Shown here: positions 25,081 through 38,409 of the stretch, piece after piece
Layout of the letters: each line of letters starts with the position of its first letter
Numbering within the stretch: the first letter of the stretch is position 1
Origin: Podarcis tiliguerta
Taxonomy: Eukaryota
Length of the DNA stretch: 64,000 bases
Strand: one strand, 5' to 3'
Assembly (NCBI GenBank): GCA_965153285.1
Contig: OZ229121.1
The notes under the pieces: model-generated
Told to the model about the DNA's origin: nothing
The model's input: only the letters and a program-made list of their open reading frames with translations
The model's database searches: none
Made by a program: the position numbers and the translations under genes

Positions 25081-26815
25081 CTAAAAATGGGAAGATTGTT
25101 GTTTTTATACCATACAAGCTGAAGTGACATTTACAACCCAACCCCTTTTTATATCAGCCATGTTGGGGGAAAAGAAGCAGAAACAAAAATTTTAGAATCT
25201 TGCCACAAAACTTTCCAAATCAACTGTTAACTCAGAAGACCTCCAACATTTGAAGCATAAAGAATTGTGTTAAGGGCCATATGTGAAAGAGCAAGTCAGC
25301 ATAAAGACTTAAGTTATTATTAAATAAATAAAGTCAATGTGATAAGATAACTTATTTCGACATTCAACATGTCACTTCTATTTGTAATAAGGTATTTTTA
25401 ATGTAGTTGCTATCAGCCTTTTGCTATCAGGTTTTCCACAATGCCTTATATAAATCTTTAAGAAATTACTGTAAAATTGTAATTAAAAGCACTGGCAGAT
25501 CTACAGAATTCTGAATGGGCAAAGATGAGGATACAGTGTCTTTTAAAGACATATTTACATTTGATTAGGAACTGAACAGGCAAAACAGAAAAGGAAGCAA
25601 AAGCACAAATTAAGTTAATAATTTTAGACAGCCGATAGTTGCACTTCAAACCAACAATGAAGGGCTTGTTCAAATACAATGCCACACCATGATTTGGCAC
25701 TATGTGAACAAGCTGGAGAATCTTACTGCACACAATTTTCTGCTTCCTGATAACAGCCTATGGCAAATGAATCTGACTGTTTAGATGCAGCAAGACCATG
25801 GCTTTCCTCAAACCATGATTGGGGGCAGGGAATAGCAGCATGGGGGAAGGAATAGCCTGTAAGCCTAGCGTTACTCAAGCCTTGTTTATGTAGCACCAAA
25901 CCATGGTTTAAGATTATGGCTTAGGTCTGTGCAAGAAGACAAAAATCAAGCATGCTTGAAAATACAGCTGTTTGATCATCATTTTTTATATTAAAGAAAA
26001 TATGCACATATTTCACCAGTTTTAGACTGAGCTCAACTGCCTGCAGATTAAATGACTTCACTTCAGGTTTAGCTGATGGTTGAAATATTTTTATCTTTAT
26101 TGCCAGTGACATGTTGCAAGATTTACAGAGCTTGCCAGCCCACCACTGGTAGAGAATTCACAAAAGAGGTTCATTTTTCCCCATCAAGAGGAGAGTGGGC
26201 TGGTGTTTTCTGCCTGCCTAGGCAAGAGAGACAAAGTCTATTACCCCCCAATATTTGGGTACATGGGAAAAGACTTGAGGAAGGGTGCATCAGCAAGAGA
26301 CGTACTCCAAGGCAGCAACAATCTCTCAACTCTTAAGTATTGTCCAATAAAGCACTAGCTGAATTAATTACCTGAAAAGAGAATCAGACTCTCATCTCAT
26401 GCTGTGCTTAGGGACAGCTAAAAGTAGCAAGAACATTTTCTCAAAACTTCTGAGTGTATCCCAAGCTTACTTTAATGAGAGTTGTTGACACACCAGCCCC
26501 TTCTCCTGAAGTGCTGAAAAAGGAGCCTAGACTGCTGGCCACAGGGTTAGCAATCAAGGCCAGACAATAACTTGTGGACTCCTCTTTCCCATCTCAATAC
26601 TTTCATTGCTCAAATGCTTCCAAACTTTCCTGCAGCAGATGATTTAGAGGATTATCTTAACTAAAGTAAAAAAATCCTTTAAGGGCTAGTTAGTTTTTCA
26701 AGTAAGTACAAAAATCTAAGCAAAACTAAAAGATCTTTATTGTACTGCCTTTCACATTCTCACCGATACATATTGAAACTTTTATGTTAACCACATTAAA
26801 GATAAATAAGCCTAC

Positions 26816-26964
26816 CTTCCACCACGTCCAACCCGTCTACGTGAAAACCCAATGCACCGCTGGGGTATAGTAAGGGTTGTTAAGCAATATCTGTAACGCT
26901 CATCTCCTAACGCTCCCCCTTTAGGAGTACTCCACGGCCAGTCACCAGTTTGGTCTACATGAGG
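26816..26964 (-). CDS. EPC1: EPC1 exon 9 (149 nt)
   Basis: PHVDQTGDWPWSTPKGGALGDERYRYCLTTLTIPQRCIGFSRRRVGRGGR (EPcB region). AAG acceptor, gtaggc donor. Confidence 0.96.
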
Positions 26965-27055
26965 CTTGAAGAGAAAATTTTGAGAACAAATATTTTAGAA
27001 TGTTACTTTCATTGTTAATATCAGTATTATTTGTTTGTAGAAACTCAAAACTTAC

Positions 27056-27145
27056 AGCATAATACTGACAGCCTGCTTTCCTACGGAAAGCAAATGGACC
27101 ATCAGGATCATTTTCTTCCTCAGCTTCAGAAGAACCAGATAAGAC
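27056..27145 (-). CDS. EPC1: EPC1 exon 8 (90 nt)
   Basis: VLSGSSEAEEENDPDGPFAFRRKAGCQYYA. AAG acceptor, gtaagt donor. Confidence 0.96.
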
Positions 27146-27321
27146 CTTTGAACATACAGGAAGAGAACACAGGTAAGAATCTGAGGGCACAATTTTCTTT
27201 CCTCCCCTAACTATAGCAAAATTCTAAATATCTCTATTCAGAATTAAGTCCCACTGAATTCAGTGGGCTTAGCCCCATGTAAGTGGTTATAGGATTACAG
27301 TCGAAAATATGAAAGTCATAC

Positions 27322-27498
27322 TTGGGAAAGCGGTTCATCATCAGAGCTGGGAAAGTCATATTGATTCATATCTTTAGCATTGAAGACTGGCAGTGCAGCA
27401 GGAGTTGTCTGTTGAGTAGCAGCAGTAGCCGAGGAAGGTACAACTTTGGGCTTCTTCTCATACTTTCTTTTGGGTCGTATAATGTCCGCTTTCTCTTG
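27322..27498 (-). CDS. EPC1: EPC1 exon 7 (177 nt)
   Basis: QEKADIIRPKRKYEKKPK...YDFPSSDDEPLSQ, with ttgcag/gtatga boundaries. Confidence 0.96.
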
Positions 27499-27708
27499 CT
27501 GCAAGGAGAAAACAGATAACCCATTAAGAAACGGCAAAAAAATAAAATGTCTGGACAACCAAAATATAATAAAATTGGAATGATAAATTTTTATTAGATT
27601 TACTTTACGCTTCAGTTATCTAGGATTCTTCTAGACTTGGGACTCTAAACATTTTGGCCCCATTTTAAAAAGCTGAATAAGTACGTATATCTTCAAAGAT
27701 TTAATCAC

Positions 27709-27868
27709 CTTGTTGACTTTGAATTCCTTTAGTTCCATACTTTCTTGGTGTTTAAACTGAGTGCTATTAGGAACAGGAACAACGGGAATCGCATAGGTTG
27801 GCTTCATGGGCTGCCGCTGGGCCATTACCTCAGACACGATCTCACCATTATAATCGCCCAAATTATAT
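27709..27868 (-). CDS. EPC1: EPC1 exon 6 (160 nt)
   Basis: YNLGDYNGEIVSEVMAQRQPMKPTYAIPVVPVPNSTQFKHQESMELKEFKVNK, with ttcag/gtgatt boundaries. Confidence 0.96.
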
Positions 27869-28511
27869 CTGAAAATTATAAAAAAGCTGCTATAATTCTT
27901 TTTAAGCACTTTACACTTTAATATTTATGCCTACACTTTGTGAAATCCTTTATTTATCCAGTAAATACAGATATTAGTTCATCTTACACAGACAAAATAT
28001 TCCTATAGCCTTCCTCAACCTGTTGCTCTCAATATGTTTCGGACGACACCTATTGGCAACGCTGGCTGAGGCTCATGGGGAATTGTAGGCCAAAACATTA
28101 CAGGGAGCCAGGTTGGGGAAAGCTGTTATAGAACACTATAACAGCTTCCAAAATTCTTAAGTCACGATTTCAGCAAATGGATTAGAAGTGTGGGAATTAA
28201 GTGGCAAGTACTGATTTTGAGTCAGTATTATCTACCCAGCCAACATCACTGGATTAGTTCAAGAAAAGTAGATTATGACATGGTGGTTTTTCTCAACTGA
28301 TGGCACAAATTTCAACAACGGATAGCATGCAACAAACTGAATCCCTTTAGCAATGAGAATAGTCCATTTCAAAGTGCTTCCATTACAAAATTTAATATAT
28401 TTTCCTGAAGTTTTCAATAAATCACCAATATTTAAGACAGTTACAGAAACATGCCAGACTCAAATCCCCCTTGCCCCTCTCTCTTTTTCACAATGCAGTG
28501 AAAAAGATCTA

Positions 28512-28661
28512 GTTACGAACTTAAATTTGTTCCACCAGCACACGATTTCCGTTCTCATCCTGGGGCAAACTTCTCAACTCGAGGTAACAATTCCAGGTTA
28601 GCGGAGTTTGTAACCTGAAGCATTTGTAACCTGAGGCGTTTGTAACTTTGAGGTACCACTG
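28512..28661. mobile_element. Truncated copy of the 36212 MITE
   Basis: Shares TTCTCATCCTG and TGTAACCTGAAGCAT and the right TIR GAGGTACCACTG|TA. Confidence 0.75.
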
Positions 28662-29646
28662 TACTGCCTTCACCTCAGCCTCTCATCCATCAACAAATGA
28701 ATAGTAGGGAGCAACTTATGCTGTGATTTTTAAAAGAAGTATTTTTCTAGACACCTGCCTTGTGCTTGCCTCAGTTTCAAACTTACAAAAGGTGTGCTTC
28801 AAAAAGATAGGAACCTGCCTTATACAAAGTCTGACTATTGGTCCATCTAGTAATGCTTGTTCTGCCTGGCAGAAGCTTGCGACTGTCTCTTGTCAGGAAT
28901 CTTTCCTAGCCCTAACTGGAGTTGTCAGGGATTGAATCGGGGTTAGTGACAATTTGTTAACCTTGCCCCCTCAAAGTAGCAAGACTTATCAAAGATATCA
29001 AGCTAAAAGCATGTGAACTGGAGCAAGCGATCTAAGAAGGAGCTATGTTTTTACACACCAAGAGCCATAACTGGGGAAAATGCCAGGATGCATGATGCCA
29101 CAAGTTTATGATTTGTAAGCCCATGTTATTTCTCAACTTGTAAAAGGAGAGCTCATTAATTTTGACTGGTTCTAGGTAGAAACATCAGCATTCAATCCAA
29201 GTGAAATTGTAACCAACTGATGAATACATTTGTCATGCAGTCACTCCAACAAGGCAGGTGGGCTCTCATGAAAATACGGCATTGCTTTGTGACTAGAAGC
29301 GATGTTCACTACCAAATTCATAATGTTAAATAACTACTGTACTAAGATACAAATAGTGAACATGCAAAAACGAGCTGCATTTAAGGAGACCTTCCATACA
29401 GAAAAAGCTACCTACCCTATGACAGAGTCAGACCTTTACAATATTGCAGTGCGGTCCTAACCATGTCTACTTGAAAGTAAGTCCTCTTGTTTTCAGTGGA
29501 GCTTACTCCCAAGTAAGTTAGGACTGCAGTCGGTTAAAAAATCAGAGCAAAATAAATAGAACATTATCTCTATTCTTTGTATTTAATAGTAACATTAACA
29601 ATACTTTTTAAAAAAATGAATATTTCAATAGACATTAATTCTTTAC

Positions 29647-29795
29647 CTCTTTTCCATAATTTCCAGTGTTAAATGCAGTAACTCCCTCTTACTTTTTTCC
29701 CGTCTCTTTATCATCTCTAGAATTGTTACCGCACGACTCAAATCCCGACGCAGCTTAAGCATCTTTTCATATGATGCCTCATCATTTTTCCGATT
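29647..29795 (-). CDS. EPC1: EPC1 exon 5 (149 nt)
   Basis: NRKNDEASYEKMLKLRRDLSRAVTILEMIKRREKSKRELLHLTLEIMEKR, with tgcag/gtaaag boundaries. Confidence 0.97.
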
Positions 29796-29961
29796 CTGCA
29801 AAATAAATAAATAGTCACACAGACCACACAGACACCTGCATTTTTATAAACACAAACTCTTCTGGGCCATAACACAATCCATTATCCTTTTTCCTCTTGC
29901 AGAGGGAAGCTCTAAATAGTGTACCTGTTCAAAGAATTCATATAAATATAAACATACTCAC

Positions 29962-30168
29962 TTTACGAGTCTGCATCTTTTCTGTTCGCCTTCTAAATGC
30001 AACGTAAGGATCGTTTGTGCTGGAACCATCACGCTTCTCCTGTTTTACTGCTGGGATAAGAGACGGACCTCGACAGTTTTTCCTCTTTTTAATCCAGTAC
30101 TCATATACTTCTCTAATCAGTTCATCATCTTCTTTCAAGAGTAGCTTGGCCTCCTGCAGGCTGACTGG
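29962..30168 (-). CDS. EPC1: EPC1 exon 4 (207 nt)
   Basis: PVSLQEAKLLLKEDDELIREVYEYWIKKRK...DPYVAFRRRTEKMQTRK, with ag/gtgagt boundaries. Confidence 0.97.
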
Positions 30169-30820
30169 CTAAAAGTAAAACACAAGTGTGTCACTTTTGT
30201 ACATTTATTTATTCTGCAACAGTTGTAACAGTTTCAAACAGTGATGTGAAGCCGGCATTTCCCCACTACTTTACTTTTTATATAGAAAACATTTTCATTT
30301 CATAGAGTTGCATGCAATGTTAACTCTACTCCGAGTAGACCCAATGAGATTAAAATTAATGGGCCTAGATTAGATGACTCCATCTATTGGGTTTCTCTAA
30401 GAAGAACTTTGTTGGATAAAACCCATATGCTCATTGGTAACAATGAATATATGTCAAATGTAAATGCAGTATTAGGCAAGTTTCTCAGATTCAACATTTT
30501 TAGTTATGTTTAATAAATACAAGTAAAACAAACAGGGCAGGGATGGGAAACTTACCCTCCAGAAGCTGTTGGGATTCCAATGCCCAGCAGCCCCAGTCAC
30601 TAAAGATAATAGTTGGGGATGTTGAGAACTGGCTTAACAGCATCTGGAGGGCATCAGGTTCCCCAATCCTGCTCTAGAACATCAGAAAATTTTCTGATGC
30701 AAGCTAAACATTTTCAGTTGAAAATTAACATATGCAAATTTGCTTAAGATTTTCTTTTAAATTCAGAATTTTCTAGCAAACCTACATAAATGCTTTCAAG
30801 TATCTGAAACAATGCTATAC

Positions 30821-30966
30821 CTGCTGACCACTGCCTTTTTCCAGCCGATCTATCATTTCTTCAAATTGCAAAGGAGAAATATCAATCTTTTTCTTCAGCT
30901 TATTCACAAAGGCCTCATCTTCTGAATCCAAGTCATAATCTGGCTGCTCTGCATCCAAACTAAAAG
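30821..30966 (-). CDS. EPC1: EPC1 exon 3 (146 nt)
   Basis: ctccag|CT. Encodes (P)FSLDAEQPDYDLDSEDEAFVNKLKKKIDISPLQFEEMIDRLEKGSGQQ. Donor gtatag. Confidence 0.97.
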
Positions 30967-32956
30967 CTGGAGGGGGAAAAGTATGTTTTATGCTTTTGTT
31001 CCCAGGTGTTCTGGGGAGAAAGAGGTAAGGCAGGACAGACAGCTATGTGGACATTGGCCAGATTTGGATGAAATGCTCAAGCATAGTTCAGCATCACATG
31101 AACAAGCCTTGTTTCCTTCCAGGCCTACACTTCACCCTCACTTCTCCCATATCTAGGTTTAAGATAATTATGATTAGTTTCAAACGCCGGCCCACTGAAG
31201 CTAATCAGTTCGTGTTAAGTCACCATTCCAGTTTGAATTAAAATGTTTTATGATATACCTTATACCATGTCAAACCATTATTCCATTTAGCTCTTTACTG
31301 TAATCAATGACAGAGTGAATGGCTGCAACTCACAGAGGATTCAGACAGACGTCTTTCCCACCTCTGCCTGGAGATGCCACTAACTGATACTGGAACATTT
31401 TGAAAGCAAAGCCTGTGGTTTCCCATTAAGCTATGGCCCTTCCATACTGAGCTGTGGCCATGAGAGAGGGACCTAGGTTTGATCATGCAGTTGTTAGCCA
31501 TCATATTGTTATTTCTGAACATAATGTTACAGCAGCTTTAAAAAGAGATTAGTTCAGTTTAAGTACTGTTTTTTACAGAGACCAAGTTAAAATAAATATC
31601 CTCTTTAAAAAGGTCAATTTCAATTTAGAAATCTGCATACATGTTACTGAAACATGGAATACTAACATAATTTTCTTTACAGCGTCCTGACAATGTCGAC
31701 TTAGGATAACTGGCTTACTTGCTTGTCAGGTTATACAAAGTTTTAATTAAAACCGTATCCTGAAATGACAATAGGAAGAAGTCTTGTAATGTGGACTTCA
31801 CCCACTGAATCAATTGGGCACAAAGAGCTGATTATCTGCATCATCTTAAGCATGATACTCTGAACTCTAGATACTTTCTCCAAGTCAGAAGCAAAAAAGG
31901 AGTTATAGTGCATTCTTGAGACTATAAAGTTATGCTGGAAGCCAAATGGAAAATTCCCAGCTCACTGGTTGCCTGCCCCTAGAGTAGCAGAAGCTAAACA
32001 ACTAACGACACTTGTGTATGTGTGGTGGTGGTAAACAATCCCAGAAGACAACTCTACTCTGTTAACCATAGTTGAATCACACACACTCACAGAGGTGGTC
32101 AATGGTTTGTTTCCAAGATGAAAAAGCAACACCACATTAGGGTTCCTTAGAAAGCTAATGTTTAGGCATAACAAACATGCTACTTTTCTGGAAACCACTG
32201 TAGTTGTGCTAACAGACAAAACACCCTAATTCCAGATACCTACAGTAAAGTTAAGACAAATGTAACAACCATTCACCTGCCCTCAATGAACCCCACCCAG
32301 CCACCCCACAAACCCAAATCTTTTTCCAGTGAAGCCTGGGAATTTATTATTACAGAAGGCACAGGGTATATCAATCTATAGGAAAACAAGATTTTATATC
32401 ATTGGTCTGCCCCACAAAGGACTGAAGCCACAACATTCTGTACTAGCTATGGTTGCTGAACAATCATAGGAAACTCCACTGAGCAAAGAACAGCAATTAA
32501 TCCTAGTTCTCATGCTTTGGGGAAGAGACGCAGTCAGCACGAGAGATGTCAATGAAAATGGATTCTCTGGCCAAAAGCACTCCCAGGGAAACAGAGTTGC
32601 TCTTTCAGAGCAATTCAGTGCATCAATTACAATTATACATATCTCTTCAAGATCACTTACCCCACCCCCAATACAGCTTTAGTTTTGCCTGGATTCAATA
32701 CCAGATTATTCACCCCAATCCAAACCAAGGTAAACTTGAGACACCTGTTACAACACCAACCACTGCACCCAAAATCAAATGGGAATGTAAAACAGAAGTG
32801 GGCATAATCAATGCTGGAAAACCCCACCCTAGCCTAGGTTTCTCAACAGTTCATTTATAAGATGCCAGTTATGAAGTAGCTCCACTCCTATATGACATTT
32901 CTCATTCTCCTGCACTGTCTTCTGTGACCAGACATGATAATACTTTCTTGCAAGTA

Positions 32957-33197
32957 CAGTGGTACCCGGTTTTCGAACATCTTCGCTGACAAACATTTTG
33001 GTTATCAAATGCTGTAAAACCAGAAGTAGATGCTTCAGTTTTCGAACATTCCTCGGAAGTCAAATGTGCCGCACGGCTTCTGCTGAGCACAAGATCCTGA
33101 GGCCTAGCTGTCGGCTATTGAGTTTTCAGTTTTCAAACGTTTCAGAACTTGAACGGTCTTCCAGAACAGATTAAGTTTAAAAACCAAGGTACCATTG
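32957..33197. mobile_element. Tigger/pogo-like MITE
   Basis: TA|CAGTGGTACC...GGTACCATTG|TA. Confidence 0.8.
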
Positions 33198-33456
33198 TAT
33201 GACATTTGTTTACCTCTACTGCAGTCAATTTTCTAGTTTCTGCCAAATTATTTTAGTATGCAATATTACGTAATAAAAAGGTAAAATATTAACACTGTTT
33301 TGAGAAAGTAAATTTCAAGGTGTCACAGCCCCTTTTGTCATCTTGAAACCACCAACTCACAAAGTTACTTTTCCAGAAAACAAGAGTAAGGATGGCACTG
33401 CCCAAGAAACCCAAACAAGAATCACCAGTGGAGTTTAGATGTAAAGATATACTTAC

Positions 33457-33616
33457 GCTGTATGTGAATAAGCTGCTTTGGCATCTTAAATTCTCCAGGG
33501 TATATAGATTCATAATAAGCAATATTACTTTCCGCTTCCGGGACTGGTATAACCATATTATCCCTCTTCTCGCCATATACCTGCTGTGCTGAAATGGCCC
33601 GCTGGAGATGATGTTC
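33457..33616 (-). CDS. EPC1: EPC1 exon 2 (160 nt)
   Basis: ttttag|GAA. Encodes EHHLQRAISAQQVYGEKRDNMVIPVPEAESNIAYYESIYPGEFKMPKQLIHIQ. Donor C|gtaagt. Confidence 0.97.
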
Positions 33617-35452
33617 CTAAAATTAAAGAGGGGAAAGAGAGAAAAGTTGAAAACCACAATGCACATTATTATTATGTGGGGCGGTATTTTAAATGTTTTA
33701 AAACTGCCTCTTTGGAAAAAGTCCCCTCAATGTAAGAAAATATAAACATTACTTTCGTCAAAAATTCTACCATTAAGATTTACAGGTTATGTGAATTTAC
33801 AATAGGTTAAGCTCCCAATTACAGGATTAGTAAGTAACTAGGAACAGCACAAAGCAAGTCAAAATCTGTCACTAATAGTAGCACAAGACCACCAGCAGCA
33901 ACAACAAAAGAATTAGCTAATAAGTTGGCCAAGTCCATTTTATTAATATTTTTTATTTTATTTATTGGTTTACTGCGCTTGTTGATATCAATAGTCTTTA
34001 AAGAGGAAGGTAAAACTTAATTTTCATCTCTCAAGTGAAACTGTCTTAACAGTTACTAAAGTAACCAAATAATCATACCATCAACAGGGTGGGTTAGTGC
34101 AGATGTATTGATGGCTCTCTACTAAACAAAATAAGGAAACTGGTGGCCAGCCTCTCAAAACTTCTCCTTTCCAACCCTTCTCCTTCCTGGAGCAAAACTG
34201 CCCTTCTCTCACCCTTAACTATAATTAAGTAAGTAAACCATCAACCTTCATGCCCACTGTAGACAAGGTGGAAATTTGCTCTATAGAGGAAAGGGAGGAC
34301 ACATTCAAAAGGCTGGTTCCCATTTCCTGTAACCTATAGTTAGAGATCTAGTGTTCAAATGTACCGGTAGTTCCCAGTTCTTCAGACTATGGCTCAAAGC
34401 AGCCTTCCCCAGCCTGACTCTTTCCAATATTTTGGACTACAACTCCAATCATTCGCAACTAGCATGGCCACACTGACTGAGGCTAATGGGAGCTGTAGTC
34501 CAAAATATATTGAGTGCACCAAGTTGGGCAAGGCTAGTGTAGAGAATCTAGAATATCCCTTTCCTGGTTTGTTATTTTTTACCACATATGTCGGAATTCA
34601 GCAAACTTCAATTACACAACCCAAAAGTTGCCTCCAAACAAATTGGATGAGTAGTTTACAATTTGAGGAGGAGTTACAAAGCATGGTTTGGAAGCAATTC
34701 TTAGTTAACACTAGACAAACTCTGGCCAACCCACACACCACAGTAATGAAGTCTGATGATCACTGGCTTGTGGTAACATTAAGGCAGGCTTTTTTTGGGG
34801 GGGGGGGGACCAAAGTTATGGAATGCCCTTCCTGCTGAAATACAAGAGGCTCCATCCACAGAGACATTCCACTGCTCTTGAAGACATCTGTTAGGCACAC
34901 ATACCTCTGACCTTGAACTGCCTGTAAATTTTAATTATGGATGTTTTTTAATGTTTTGATGTACTTCTTTTATTATGTTTTTACTTGTGACCCACTTAGA
35001 AGCCATTTTGGCATGTAAGCAGTACATAAATTAATAAATAATAACAAGAACAACTGATATGGTCAGACAAGAAAAGTAGGAGAGAAGGATCTGTGGGAGA
35101 GGAAGCACAAAAGCCTGTGGCCAGTATTATATCCATACTAGCTTCAAGTTTTCATTTCTAAACCTTTTTAACATGTTAAAACAGACAGCAAGTCCCTTTG
35201 GCAGTTTCCCTTTCCTTTTTGATGGTATAAATGTTGTTCCCATTTCTCAGGGTCTCTAATCAGACTTGCTCACACTGGTTGCAATAATTAGGTGGTTGCT
35301 CATTGCTCCAATCTGGCAACCACACACACTGGGCATCAGTATTTGGAATCACATTTCTTCTCTTCTTGTATTCAAGATGAATGAGCAAGAAACAGACATA
35401 TAAACCTCTGCAGTCAAATGCCACTACACACAACAATTAGAGAGCCATGGTC

Positions 35453-35808
35453 AAGGTAAAGGTAAAGGTACCCCTGACCATTAGGTCCAGTCGTGACTGA
35501 CTCTGGGGTTGCGGCGCTCATCTCGCTTTATTGGCCAAGGGAACCAGCGTACAGCTTCCGGGTCATGTGGCCAGCATGACTAAGCCGCTTCTGGTGAACC
35601 AGCGCAGCACACGGAAACACCGTTTACCTTCCCGCCAGAGTGGTACCTATTTATCTACTTGCACTTTGAGGTGCTTTTGAACTGCTAGGTTGGCAGGAGC
35701 AGGGACTGAGCAACGGGAGCTCACCCCGTCGCGGGGATTCGAACCGCCGACCTTCTGATCGGCAAGCCCTAGGCTCTGTGGTTTAACCCACAGCGCCACC
35801 CACGTCCC
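35453..35808 (-). mobile_element. Sauria SINE (Squam1), full length
   Basis: tRNA-derived head at the right end, typical GGTCATGTGGCCAGCATGACT body, (ACCTTT)n tail, flanking target-site duplication. Confidence 0.9.
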
Positions 35809-36211
35809 TTAAGAGAGCTGTGGTACTTACTCTTAAAGTAATACATTAAGGCATTGTTTGACCTTAATTAGCAGCTGCCCATTTTTAATCTTAGTCAATT
35901 CAGAGAATTCATATAATTGCCTTTTATAATAATTATACCTTGGCTAAACAGAGAAAGCTACTAAGTACAGACAGTGGTTAGCAGCTGCAGGAATGTTTGA
36001 ACTACTGCTACCTTGCCAATCATGAATGTGATTAAGGCTTTGAGAATCAACTCAGCCAACTGGCACTTCTTAAGTATGATCCCCCCCACACTTGGGAACA
36101 TTTCTTAATCTATTTTTTTGTAGTGTGCTGTAGATAACCAGGATGAAATACACCCCTGATAAAGTCTTAAAGATTTAAAGAAACATGTGACCAATTGTAC
36201 AACATAAAGTA

Positions 36212-36423
36212 CAGTGGTACCTCGGTTTAAGAACTTAATTTGTTCCAGAGGTCCGTTCTTAACCTGTAACTGTTCTTAACCTGAAGCACCACTTTAGCTA
36301 ATGGGGCCTCCCGCTGCCGTGCAATTTCTGTTCTCATCCTGAAGCAAAGTTCTTAACCCGAGGTACTATTCCTGGGTTAGAGGGGTCTGTAACCTGAAGC
36401 ATCTGTAACCCGAGGTACCACTG
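36212..36423. mobile_element. Tigger/pogo-like MITE
   Basis: TA|CAGTGGTACCTCGG...CCGAGGTACCACTG|TA terminal inverted repeats with TA TSD. Confidence 0.85.
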
Positions 36424-38081
36424 TACTCTGAATTAGGAAATAATTGGGTCCTGTTTACAAGTATTCCAAAGGGAGTATCAGGAACAAGTCATTGTTTCAG
36501 AAGACATTAATATGGTTCAAATACCACTTAAAGGCATTTTGAATTGGTGTATTCAGAAACTGGATGCTGAGACAGTTCAAATGTATTTCAGAGTTAATCT
36601 ACTGCAGAGATTCTTCTGAGGTTAAAGTTTCTAAACAAAAAAAATAAAATAAACACTAACTTTTCCAGTATGTCTTCAAAATTTTGGTTTGGGGGGGGGC
36701 AGAGGTGGAGGAAGAATATAATTATAAGTCCAGATATATGGAAGAAAATGGTGCTTCAGGTACGCCTGGGCCTAAGCACTCCAAGCGCCTGCTGAAGCCT
36801 GAAGTATTTAAGTCGAGAAGGGAATCCACAAGTTTCCTGCACGCCTATTTTTTGAGAAGAGTATAACCTCATCCTTAAAGGGCTAAACTCAAATGCCCTG
36901 ATCTTTGTTTCTATTGACTACAAGAAGCACTTCTGCAAGAAGTTACTTTGTTCACCCTCAACCAGTCCATTACTTATATCGCACACTAATTCAGAATATC
37001 AGCCTTGGCTTGTGATGAGGAGGAGATAACAATTTGATGTCGTTCATAAGCTGACAATACTGAACTCCAAAGCAAAGCCCCAGGCAACTTCCCCCTTAGG
37101 TTTCAGGCAGACTGGTCAAATAGAATGAAAAAATCAACAGAAACCTGTGGAAAACCATGCACTAGTGACCAAGCTGTCTAACAGGAGTTACCCTGCACCA
37201 CTTCTGATACCAAACCATCACTAAATAGTGCCAGCTGGTCCATCACAGCTAGGTGTTTCAGAAGGATATAACAGATAATCATACTGAAAGCTAGGTGATC
37301 CAGCAGAACCTTGCATTCTCCAAGGGGTCACATATCAGGACCTCACCTGTCCTCAAAAAATTCTCAAAGCTTATAGACAAAGGCTCTGAGATTACAAGTT
37401 GCTTTAATATCCTTGGGTGCAGCTCATCAGGCCCAGGAATCTGAATTCATGTAGTTAGATTTCCCTTACCACATATTTTCCTATATTGGACTGAAGCTCC
37501 CTACTCAGAGTAGGCCCACTGAAGTAAATAGATATGACCAGCTATCATTAATTTCAATAGGTCTAATTAAAAATTAAAAAGAAAACTCAATTGTAAATAC
37601 TGTAAATACTGACTGAATAAATTGAATTTTTCATACTAAATATGATCATTTAATGGCAAATCAAGCTATAGATACATTTTGCATTCTGTAAGAATCCTTA
37701 AGTATCAAAGTGACCTTTGTTCTGTAAAGGATGCTAATGTAGAAATACATAATGGTACAAGAATATAGAAAACTTTGACAGACCCTTCCCTGTGTGAAAA
37801 CCACAATTCAAAATGTTTCTTACACACCACACTTACACAAGGAGCATTTAGAAAGGGAGGGGAGGGAGGAAGAGCAAAGGCGATATTTAGTAATTCAGAG
37901 ATAGGTTTCACGTAGTTCCACATGCTCATAACCTGCAAGGTTATTCTTCAATTCAAGAATTGAGAATTAAATACCAAAGGATTTCAAAACATTCAGGACT
38001 CCTGACTAGCAGAGACTTGTATTTTGGCTAGTACCCCAAAACAACAGTTTATTTAAAGCAAATAATTTCACATTAAAGTAA

Positions 38082-38409
38082 AAGGTAAAGAGACCCCTGA
38101 CCACTAGGTCCAGTCATGGACGACTCTGGGGTTGCGGCGCTCATCTCACTTTAGTGGCCGAGGGAGCCATGTGGCCAGCATGACTAAGCTGCTTCTGGTA
38201 AACCAGAGCAGCGCACGGAAATGCCGTTTACCTTCCCGCCGGAGTGGTACCTATTTATCTACTTGCACTTTAATGTGCTTTTGAACTGCTAGGTTGGCAG
38301 GAGCAGGGACCGAGCAACGGGAGCTCACCCCGTTGCGGGGATTCGAATCGCCGACCTGATTGGCAAGCCCTAGGCTCTGTGGTTTAACCCACAGCACCAC
38401 CCGCATTCC
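38082..38409 (-). mobile_element. Sauria SINE (Squam1)
   Basis: Near-identical to the 35453 copy with a small internal deletion. TSD CATTAAAGTAA on both sides. Confidence 0.9.

Noticed and set aside
13687-27148. AAG acceptors at exons 8, 9 and 13
   Set aside because: Uncommon but canonical AG acceptors, and the reading frame is consistent.
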